Made by a program: the position numbers and the translations under genes | The notes under the pieces: model-generated | The model's input: the letters and a program-made list of their open reading frames with translations, nothing else | What the model was told of the DNA's origin: nothing | Database searches by the model: none | Assembly (NCBI GenBank): GCA_030295235.1 | Contig: AP026135.1 | Coordinates: 620,001-684,000 of the forward strand | DNA: 64,000 nt | Direction: 5' to 3' | Origin: Fistulifera solaris | Taxonomy: Eukaryota | In this document: positions 35,702 to 45,744 of the stretch, in pieces | How positions within the stretch are numbered: position 1 is the first letter of the stretch | Layout of the letters: the number at the start of each line of letters is the position of its first letter

Positions 35702-37744
35702 CTATTTCAATTCAAGAGACTTGCACAACTTCATGTCAGCGTGCTTCGTCCCAAGAATGAGTGGATCATGGCGACTCTGGCAGTACTTGTGAAAGCATTC
35801 GGTGATAGTTCCATTTACAGTTTGTACACGAGCGGATCGTTGAAATTGCATGTACCCCTGTCCTACTCTTGTCACGTTCACATTGTGAGTGTCTGCCGTC
35901 CATTTCAGTATCATCTCCGTATTGCAGCCTCGCTTTCCTTGCTTCGTAAAAGAATCAGTTAAATTTGCTGCGCATCCGGCCAGGTCAAGCTTGAACACGG
36001 TGGAAAAATAACGACCGAAAATGTCCGCCACACCCCGTCGCGCCACCATACCATGATCGCACAATTCATGAGGATCCCTGGGTGGATCTCGTGCATCACA
36101 GGCAGGAATGAATAAATCGCCACCCAAGGCGACGACGCCACTGAGATGAAAGTCCCGGAACCAAAGCGAATCGTCTCGTAAAAACAGTATATAATTGTAT
36201 TGCTTTCCGCTCGCGCGCTCTCGTTCGACAGCGCTCTCCCATAGATTCTCGACGGCGCGGAACAAACGCAAAAAGTTGAGGTTACCAACTGCATTACGCG
36301 TTCTCACTTCATCGTTTCTGACGTCCAACGCTGGGAAATACTCGAGAGGGTTTTGATTGGCATATTTTTGTTGTATTTGCCGAAACATTGGGGTAACCAG
36401 CGGGTCATTATCAACATCAATCTGATCCGACACAAAAAGAGTTTGCACAGATGCTCCCACTCGGTTAACTTCGCTGATGATAGTATCCTTCAATTCTGTT
36501 CCGTCTTTCCCATTTAACAAGGGATCAGGGTGGAAACTTCCTTTGAAACGGTAAGAGTTTGTTTTGGCGGTGGTCAATGACAGGTAAAGATCGACGTTGT
36601 GACTTTGTCTCACCAGTGGCGCAAGCACATGTTCGACATTGGAACTGAACATGAACCTCTGATACGTTCCGGCTATAACGACGGCCACTCGAAAATTTTC
36701 ATAGTTGGGACCATAGCAGATATCAAGAGCTTGGAAATACCAGTGACAATCTGGCCTAGCGATGTGCACAGTGGGCCTATTGTCTTTGAAGAATATTTGG
36801 TCGCCGTTTGGGAGTTTTTTCGACACGGATACCCCACTGGCATCTAGAGCACGTCCAAAGCTTACTTGATCGCGATCCGAGAAGCAGTGAATTTCATCTA
36901 GCCAAGAGCAGCCCAGATCTGGAATGTACTTTTTACATCTTACTGTTCGCATGTCCCAAACCATGAGAGCGCTATCGATGAGCGTCCTGTCGAGAAACAT
37001 CGTCCCATCGATACGTGGCTCTGCTTCGTAGTGCTGGAGCATGAGCTGGCATTGATCTACCAGAGTTTCCAGTCTGTCGGAAACGGTGGGTCGCTTGATG
37101 GCAGCGTCGACAACAGCCCCGCAGTGCGCCTTGTACTCCGGAAACTCCAAGTCTTCCCACCTATTTCCCATACTGGAGTCGTGAATCGGTTGACTCATCA
37201 TGCTAGCACAAGTATCAAGTCGCTGCACTGTCTTGTTGAAGTAATCCATGTAGCTGTGGGGAAGTACCTTTTTAGAAAGTAATTTCGTGTCGCGCCATAT
37301 CACTCGTTCCGCCCAAGGAAATAAATCCAGCGGACTCATTTTTAGAATTTTCACATTGCGCCGCATAGCTTTGTAGGGCATTTTTGAGCCGTCTACTCGA
37401 ATGACGTATTCATTGTTGCGCAACGTTTCGATCGCGTGGCTCGTCGGATAACTTGGAGACACCGCGTATGTCGGGGTTGCAAGTGCCGGAAAGAGGCCAG
37501 GGGACATCTTTCTCCGGTGACAAGCAAATACGAGACTCGAGGACAGTTTTATCTTGTCGAAATATCCCTGGTGCTGATATGAATGTGCTCGAATGAAACA
37601 TCGTCAGGTCATCATAGATACGCGATGATGTATGAGCGATGTGATAACAGAACCAGAAAAGTATCAGTAGGCACAGCAGAATGGTTACACCGAGAGAGGT
37701 GAAAATGATTTGATGAAATGAAAATCTTTTTCAAAAGACCTCAT
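35702..37744 (-). CDS. Type II membrane two-domain glycosyltransferase-like protein (DUF616/TOD1-MUCI70-like + second GT-A-like domain); apparent frameshifts ~37730 and ~37410-37520
   Basis: TM anchor IIFTSLGVTILLCLLILFWFCY in an upstream frame. DUF616-type RRNVKILKMSP..LFPWA..VIWRDTKL and WLDEIHCFSDRDQVSF. Second domain RVAVVIAG...YNYILFLRDDSLW...NTEMIL. Confidence 0.65.
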
Positions 37745-38239
37745 GCCTCGTGAGCTTCCTTTGCTGCTCGATTGTTTTGTGAAGAAAACAAAAAAAAAAC
37801 GAGTGAAAAATCGGATCCGTTTATCGGAGTCGCGTAAGAGCAAATCCGTTACAGTGGTGATTACTGTATTATTTATTTTTTATTTATTGTTTATGTGTGC
37901 CTCTCGTTTTCTATATACATCACTTCGTGCCTTATAGTGGGAGTCATTATTTTTTTCGGGTCAAGGGTCAAGGGTCGGGGTTCCAACGACGTACAGACAT
38001 TTTTCAAGCTCCAACCGTAAGATAAACCGCAAGGAAAAAGCGTCATCGAGCGAGGTAAACGGTGGTCCCTACAAAGTAATCACCAAAGTCACGCAAAAAA
38101 AAGTCGTCAATGGTTCAACGCATAGTCTCTAGAGAATCTTGTTATATCATTTGCGATAATTGACAACCGAGAATTATTATCCCATAACCTCCTATTTTCA
38201 CAATAATACTCCAGGATCAGCCAAGGCGCCGCAGAAACA

Positions 38240-40159
38240 ATGAGCGAAGGCACCTACACTTCATCGGCACGCGTCGCCTGCCGTACCTTTCCCGACAGTG
38301 ACATCGAAGCCGCCCTGCACTTTTGTCAGCAACACGAGCAATTGTGTCCATTCATGGGGACGTCGAATGATCGCTTGGTCAAAATGGGCCGTAGTATGCG
38401 CAGTCTTCTTGATTTACTCGAGGGCGAACCGCTGGAATTGAGTCTCGAACGGTTGGTGCAAGAGTCACAGCTGTTGGTAAACGATTCGATTTCGTTGCAG
38501 GTTCCGCGAGTGCGATTCGGTAAGACTGACCTACAAATGCCCATTGTCACATTGGGTTGTATGCGGTTTCAACAAGAGTGGGGTCCGCGGATTACCAACA
38601 TGAACATGGTGGGCAGTGACTGTCAGGACAATCTCGTCGAAATTCTCAAATTGGCCATTCTCAAGTACGGCATGATTCATATTGAAACAGCACGAGGATA
38701 TGGTAGTAGCGAGCTGCAATTGGGTTGTGCCCTGAAACAACTTTTTCTGACGACGGACATTAAGCGTGAAGATCTGATCATCCAAGTGAAAGTGCGGCCA
38801 ATGAAAAGTGTCATTGAGTTTAGGGAAACAATTGGAGAAAGCTTTCAGAACCTCCAAATCGACTACTGCGACTTGTTTTCGTTGCATGGCTTTAATTATG
38901 AAGAGCAAATGAAGTGGGTGTTCGGAGAGGAAAAGATGACTGTTGTGTCACAGACAGAAAAGAAAAAATGCAGAGGGCAACGACGAAGACGAGGCGAAGG
39001 ATGCGAGTACACAAGAAGCCGATGAGACATGTATGTCTGTCTTGACCGAATATATGGAAGCTGGAAAGATCAAGCATCTTGGTTTTACCACACATGGACC
39101 TACCGAACTCATTTGCCGACTCGTTGCGAAGGACGTTTTCTCCTACGCGAACATTCACTACCATTACTTTGGATCGTATACAGCTACCGGGGGTCCTGAC
39201 GGAAAGGGAAACGATTTAGCGGTCAAAATGATGCAGGAACGGGGCATGGGAATCTTTATCATCAGTCCCTTTGACAAGGGAGGGGCTCTGTACAAGCCCT
39301 CCAAGAAACTTCGCTCGCTTACGTTGCCGGATATGGAGCCGATAAACTTCGGCATGAACTGGATTTGGAATCATGACAAATTAGCCGATAGCAATGCGCA
39401 ACTGCATACATTCACCATCGGAGCTGGCAGACCGTCCGATCTTGACAATGCTGCAGTTGCAGCGTATTTGCATAAAACAAGACCCGACGATATCGTAGCA
39501 AAGACAAAAGCTGTCGTAGAACGTTTGAATCGCGCCAAAAATGATGCTCTGGGGAAGGATTTTGCGGATCACTGGTGGAAAGGACTGCCGAAAGCTTATC
39601 AGTGCAAATCTTTGATCGAGCACAACCAGATTGTATGGATCTATACAGTGATTAAGGCGTACGGAATGCTTGAATTTGGAAAGATGAGGTATGCCTCTTT
39701 GAGAGCAATTCTTCCAAGTGGAATGCAACCTCTTCGGCAGAAGAGAACATTGAAAAGAATATTGGCAAGGACCCTTGGGGATTTGTTCCCGGACTTGCGC
39801 TCGATCCGAAGAGGGATTATGCCGACGAACTTGTAGGTGTACCTGAAGAAAACAAATTGAGGGTCAGACAAGCACAAGAATGCGTCATCAAATGGTGCAG
39901 CAAGGATCCACCCGTCATCGAGCCTAAGAAGAGTTGGCCGAACATTCGTCGGATGTCAAACATGCTCTCGCGAAAGCCGAAAGCAAATCCAAGTCAAGCT
40001 GGGGAAAACGGTGAAAACGGAGATGGTACAAGTGAGGTATTCATCGAGGAGGATTTCACCATCAAGCCGGACTGGGAAACATCGTATGATATGCGTCCTT
40101 GGCCCGACTATCCTGATCAGCCAAAAGGGAGTAGATCATTGCCATTTAAATGCTTCTAG
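38240..40159 (+). CDS. Aldo/keto reductase; apparent frameshifts ~38930-38970 and ~39700
   Basis: RVRFGKTDLQMPIVTLGCMRFQ, IHIETARGYGSSE, REDLIIQVK, IDYCDLFSLHG, GKIKHLGFTTHG and GIFIISPFDKGGALYKPS. Confidence 0.85.
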
Positions 40160-40225
40160 TGTCCCTAATTATTCATTTCTAGTTCACTCTGGTGATAGGA
40201 CGGTTGCCGGTAATTAAAGTTTACT

Positions 40226-42388
40226 TTAGAGCAAAGTTTCCTTACGTCCGTAATCATTATTGTTATCACCAGCTTGACGACAAAGATCGATTCCATGTAC
40301 TCCCTCGCAGCCCTTTGGAGTGAACCAAACCAAACTGAATCGTTCCCCTTTGAACGGCATTGTCCAATGTCTCTGTGTCCATCCATTGAATTCGACAGCT
40401 TTATAGCGAATATCCTTTTTCTCTCCCTCCACAACAAGTTCACCACCAGCGTAAGTCCCAAGCCCCACGATCAAGCTCGTGCTTTGGCCAGCACCAGCTC
40501 CGCTGTCAGTATGAGGGCGAAATTGGGCGTTCCGATTGATTGCAATGGTACTGCTCGGTTCTCTGTCTGGTCTCAAAACCATCTCGAGTTCAAAAGCTGC
40601 TTTCATCAGCTCTGGGAAAAGAGAATTTCCCTTGGGCTGAATGCATCGATCACCGGGCATGGCTCCAACGGAAAAACTACCCGACGCCCCGCCTTCTCCT
40701 TCGGCAAATATGTAGGCGGAAGAACGTTGACCCTTGTTATTTTTAGCTTTACCATGCGCGTCCGCCAAAGAATTCGGAAGAAAATCCTCGTCTGTAGCAT
40801 TTGGATCGGTCAAACTGGAAATCATAACCATTTGTCGCTTGGGAGTCGTGCTCGGCCATAACCCACTTGCATCCGCTTCCCGTAGACAACGCAGCACTTT
40901 CTCAAATACAGCCGGTACAGTAGGATCTACCAAGTTGAGTGAAGGAATGAGTTCCGACACTTCTGCAGCCGACTTACGGCTTACAACGAGAGAAGCCTGT
41001 TTCCATTGTCGATACTCTTCTAACTGTTGGTTGGCTCTTTGCGACCACGGCTCAAGCACAGTTTCGGTCCATTCACGCTCCGCAAGCAGTCGCCCATCCT
41101 CATCGAACCCACCCGTCAACCATGCCCGCGCAACTCGCTCGCGCACCAGGTCTTTCCAGTACTCGTATCTTTTTATCGTATTAGCATCATTCCATCCTTC
41201 ACTAAAACGATCGGCAATGCGAGGGCTTAATACCGCCTTGACTTTCCCTTCCCAGTTTACATAATAAGCTTCACCGGCAATCATGCCCATCGATGGTGCT
41301 GCTGGGGTGGGAATCAAACTTCCGTACTTCTCATCAAACAAACACTCGACCATATCTTGATCTACTAACCCGCGAGCCAGGGCTAAAAATACCCCGATGA
41401 CACGGCACACTTGACCGTGCAAGAACAAATCACCCGTGAGTGACAACACCAGAAAGGGACGGCGTTCACCGTCGAAACGAATCGTTGCCCGGTGATAAAC
41501 ACGATCCATCCGTCGATATGCCACATATTCATGCGCCATGCACGATGGGGTGAAATTGTGAAAACGCCTTCTTTTGAGCAAATTTGTCTTGGGCTTATTG
41601 CCATTCTTACTTTTTTGCTGACTTTTGGGTCGCTTCGACTGTTGCTCTCGTTCCATCTTTTTCGCGCTGGAATCATGTTCGTCCGCGTCCATGGGTATAA
41701 TTTGTGTAGTAAGACTCTGCATTTTTCGTTTAAGCCCAAACAAATACTTCACAGTGGCCAGTGTCGGATAGTCTCGTCCTACCTTTGAAACGTATTCCGA
41801 CGTCTCCGTAAAGTCCGGAAGCGTGTCGAAGAACTCATCACGAGACATGTTCTCAATATTGCTACAATACAGAAAATCCAAGGGAAGCATATATTCCACA
41901 CGACGATGTGTGACATCGATTTCGGCATTGAAGGTCCCCCCTTTTCCTTTCATTTCGTGACGGCCTATCAAATAAATTCCCTCGGGCTCCAGTTGGGTAT
42001 TCATTCTATCAATCCAGTTATCCACTGGTTCCAGTATAGAGGGTAGACGTGTCGCTAACACTTCCGATATGACACCGCCCGTCCCCTCATCTTGCTTGAC
42101 GAGTTGCGTGCGACGTCCTATGTTCGCGTACGATCGATTGATTTTATCCGGCTTGACGTCTTCTCCCTGTACAATTTTGAGCAACTTCTGGGCAGCCTCC
42201 GTCCCTTCCAGTCCACAATATCCATACAGAAGCAATACTTTGTGACGATCCTGTTCTTGAAGATACTGAAGATAACCTTGATATTCTTCTTTCGACAGAC
42301 ACTGACCGCTGGTTTCTTTGAGGTGCCGAAAGATAGCGCTTCGGGAAGGAAACTCTTCGCCACAGCCATGACATGTAGCTTTCTGCAT
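40226..42388 (-). CDS. Fusion protein: C2H2-like zinc finger + PUS1/TruA-like pseudouridine synthase domain + C-terminal 2OG-Fe(II) dioxygenase (TET/JBP-like)
   Basis: Intact 720-aa ORF. CHGC...FPSRSAIFRHL; KVLLLYGYCG, FNAE...RRVEYMLP, RFHNFT, LTGDLFLHGQVCRVIG, PAAPSMG; TIAINRNAQFRPHTD...SLIVGLGTYAGGELVV...FNG..RHWTMPFKGERFSLVWF. Confidence 0.85.
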   Translation of the reverse strand: MQKATCHGCGEEFPSRSAIFRHLKETSGQCLSKEEYQGYLQYLQEQDRHKVLLLYGYCGLEGTEAAQKLLKIVQGEDVKPDKINRSYANIGRRTQLVKQDEGTGGVISEVLATRLPSILEPVDNWIDRMNTQLEPEGIYLIGRHEMKGKGGTFNAEIDVTHRRVEYMLPLDFLYCSNIENMSRDEFFDTLPDFTETSEYVSKVGRDYPTLATVKYLFGLKRKMQSLTTQIIPMDADEHDSSAKKMEREQQSKRPKSQQKSKNGNKPKTNLLKRRRFHNFTPSCMAHEYVAYRRMDRVYHRATIRFDGERRPFLVLSLTGDLFLHGQVCRVIGVFLALARGLVDQDMVECLFDEKYGSLIPTPAAPSMGMIAGEAYYVNWEGKVKAVLSPRIADRFSEGWNDANTIKRYEYWKDLVRERVARAWLTGGFDEDGRLLAEREWTETVLEPWSQRANQQLEEYRQWKQASLVVSRKSAAEVSELIPSLNLVDPTVPAVFEKVLRCLREADASGLWPSTTPKRQMVMISSLTDPNATDEDFLPNSLADAHGKAKNNKGQRSSAYIFAEGEGGASGSFSVGAMPGDRCIQPKGNSLFPELMKAAFELEMVLRPDREPSSTIAINRNAQFRPHTDSGAGAGQSTSLIVGLGTYAGGELVVEGEKKDIRYKAVEFNGWTQRHWTMPFKGERFSLVWFTPKGCEGVHGIDLCRQAGDNNNDYGRKETLL

Positions 42389-42832
42389 GCTTTTTCACCG
42401 TAATAGAATAGTGGAACAAAGCCGAAAGTAATACTCCGTAGCGTTTAAAAAGTTGGGCTTCCAATAATTTTTGACGCAGAAAAAATTCGTTTTTTTTCGG
42501 TTTTTGGTTCGCGTTTATTCGCCGTGATCCTGTGGAGCGACGGCAAGACGATGTGATCATAACGTGATGAAAATCATCATCGTCAATCACGAGTTCTGAC
42601 ACCACGCAGAGTGGTGTGTGTGTGGTTGCGAAGAAAAGTTTTGGTTGACACACATCATCATTCTTCTTTCAACTATCGTCCATTTTGGTTGTTGCTTATC
42701 ACAACATCTTTCAACGCGACGATCAACCACTGAGCCTTTTGACACCCAAGTGAATGCAAGTTCAGAGTTTGAAAATTTATTTAAGAACACCAAATTGAAA
42801 GATACAGTTCCTCATAATACTGTTCGACAAAG

Positions 42833-43672
42833 ATGACCGTCCTTCTGCAACCCAGCCGTCCCGCATCGAGTGGCGAAATATCCACCTACATGACGGTAGT
42901 TCTATTTTTTGTCACGCACGGTATTGTCAATTCTCTACTACTGGCATTCAGTCCAATACGGTGTATTTACTGGAAACGGGCCGAATGCAATCAAGATGAG
43001 GCGTGGATGTTGAATTGGCTCGCGTTTGGAATGTTTCATGTCAATGTTCTCATTGCCTGTCTCGCCAAGAAAGCTCGTGGTCACGTGATTCTGGAACAGC
43101 GTCTTGTTTTTTTGGTGACTGCTCTTATTGTATCGTATCTTTCGACCGGAGTCTTTCTTCTCGATCACATCAACAAAGCCATTGCGGGAGTGCAATTGGC
43201 ATTTTATGTGGTTCTACTCGTTGTCATCATTCAGCATCAATCAACGGCTCCATTTCAGGTACCATTGCCGGCACAGTTGCGATCGAGCTCGTTTGATTTT
43301 CGCAAGCAATTCCCCATTGCGACTGTTGCAGTGGCATTGCAATGTGTCCTTTCGCTTTTCCAAGTGTGGGACATGACCTTTGGAAATGGACGATACTATT
43401 ACCTCGGAGACCTCAGTGGCAGTATCTTTAACAGTATTTCTCATGCTGCTGTCACGCAAATGTTGTGGGTGACTCTGATTTTGGGTTTCAGCATTTTATT
43501 AGCGACACCCGAACAACAAAAATTTATGTTGAAAGGCGAAGCATTTTCGTTATTCATTACGCTCGTTCTCTTATCTGGTGAGCAGGGCTCGAAAATGGAC
43601 TTGACGCAGACAAGGGCAGCATGTGTAGGAACATTCTTTAGCATGCTGATTGCACTGTTCGGATCGGCCTAA
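42833..43672 (+). CDS. Hypothetical polytopic membrane protein (~8 TM segments)
   Basis: Intact 279-aa ORF with multiple hydrophobic stretches in two groups separated by a polar linker. Confidence 0.7.
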   Translation: MTVLLQPSRPASSGEISTYMTVVLFFVTHGIVNSLLLAFSPIRCIYWKRAECNQDEAWMLNWLAFGMFHVNVLIACLAKKARGHVILEQRLVFLVTALIVSYLSTGVFLLDHINKAIAGVQLAFYVVLLVVIIQHQSTAPFQVPLPAQLRSSSFDFRKQFPIATVAVALQCVLSLFQVWDMTFGNGRYYYLGDLSGSIFNSISHAAVTQMLWVTLILGFSILLATPEQQKFMLKGEAFSLFITLVLLSGEQGSKMDLTQTRAACVGTFFSMLIALFGSA

Positions 43673-44306
43673 TCGAATGCAATAATCAGCATGCATTGGC
43701 AATGTGGGTTAACAAATCGTTTTTTCCATGCTGTGACTCGTTGCATGTGTTAAGATGCAACCGTAGTTTTGTAAGTAGAAACCGAATACCTTTGCCCCGA
43801 TGTTCATCAAGCGGAGACGCAAAGGAAAGAGATCATACACAAGTGTAGGTAAAGGTTTCTTGCAACTGACTGCCGACAAAATCCTTGAAATGCGTTTCTT
43901 AAATTTCCTCCCAGATTGTTCTTTTGATAGTTTAGATGATCGCCTGTTTTCCGTCTCGATAAGGTCTATTCATGGGTCGTCTTGCGAATGGAGTACGAGT
44001 GGTAGTGCGACAACACTTGGAACGAACGCGATGCGATCTCGTCGCGTTTCCACTTTTTCGCCCGCAGTTTCCGCTATTTGGCGTTTCACCACGAATGACA
44101 ATTCATTCGGAAGTCAACAAAGAAACGGAATCATAGAACAAGACTGGAAACGGAATTATCTTCCTGTGTACTAGAAACGAACCTCACAAAATGGAAACGG
44201 TGAACCGTTCGATCGAGACGGATACGATGGTTTTATTCTCACAAAAAAGCAATCAAGTGCTCGTATCCAGATATTTGCAAACCAACAATAGATTATTTAT
44301 CGAACC

Positions 44307-45108
44307 ATGAGCATTCAGTCAGCACCCGCTCTGTCTCATTCAGGAATCCCCAACGAGAAAATTGTGCGCTCCACGCACTACTTCTCCTTCCCCGACGATC
44401 TGACGGAGACGACGGGATCGTCTTCCAACGAAGTCGGCTCGCTTTCACCAGTCGAAGCTCACGAACAGCAAGCTGAGATGAAAAACACATTCAAAGCCGT
44501 TTCCCAATCGTTTCCAGAACAAGTACCTGACAAGTTGCATGCTCCCCACTAGCATTCCTCATCGTGCGGAGGAACCATTGGTTTCCAATTGGATCGTTTC
44601 TCATGATGCTTCGAGCACTGTATTGTCTGACATTTCTTTGGAAAGCGGATACTCGTCGGGTGACGACTCAAAAGTCGACGTCTGGGACCTCCGTGACCAT
44701 CCAAGTGCTGTAGATGGTTATTGTAAGCATTCTTGGACCATTGAGGTCTACGGTCGAGATCATCTAGCCGGCGATACAGTTTGGTTTCGAGCGTTCAAGA
44801 ACGGGATAGCCGGTTACCGTGAGTGCGAAGATTGCGAAATCCTTGATTATATTGATTTGACCATCAAATCGGATCCGCGCTCGTGCTTTTATGTCAAGAC
44901 CACTTCAAATGACCAAGATTCTATTTCATTTTTCAGTTCCGATCTCATTCTTCATGCACTACACGCAATCCTTCGGCGAGCAGAATACGAAGATGGGATT
45001 GTGCTTCCAACGAAAACAGGGGGTAGCCGTAAGCGAGTCTCAAAAGGCGAGAACAAGGAGAAGAAGAGCTTCTTATCGTGGCTGTTTCGCTTCTCGTCCG
45101 ACGTTTGA
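44307..45108 (+). CDS. Hypothetical protein; apparent frameshift at C-run ~44545
   Basis: ORFs 44307-44552 and 44539-45108 overlap at a CCCC run. Ser-rich N-half and globular C-half (WTIEVYG...VWFRAF...CFYVKT). Confidence 0.55.
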
Positions 45109-45744
45109 AAAGGCAAACAAACGTTATCTTGTTAGATCCTTCCGCGGTCAACGTCATCTTTGTGATAGAGTCAAGTAAGACAGTCTTTTATTACTCCGTA
45201 TCCATTATCCGTCTTGTTGCAAAAGCTTATGTGACCACTCGTTTGTGTTGTGGACCCATTCAGTGACGCCTCTTTTATGTCATCCTTGTTTTCTAGGATT
45301 CGTCTCATCCCCCATTCTGGATGAAAACCTAGTCCAAGGTACATAGATTGGCCAAGGATACCTTAGCTAAAGGTTGCTGGAGGTTGGAGCCCGCTATAGA
45401 GGGATTATTCGATTATTCACCTATATCTTTATCTCAAAGCACGATAAGACTTACCAGTACGACAGTCCGACCGTTCCACCGTCTTGTATTCAGCAGTGCG
45501 TACAATGTTGGAAAGAAACGTTGTGTCGATGAGAAAAAGGTAAAGTATATTGACTGTTGCAAGGAACATGGAAAATTCCTTGAACACGTTTCTTTCTTAA
45601 CAAAAAATTGTGGCAAAATTTCATGAATTCAAAACTCGAAAACCCCGCAATTGGTTTCGTGGTTGTTTGTTGCTGCTTCGTTGTGAGGACAAAACGATCA
45701 AGAGGCACAGTTGTGATAGCATTAATCTTGCGTAAAAGATCAAG

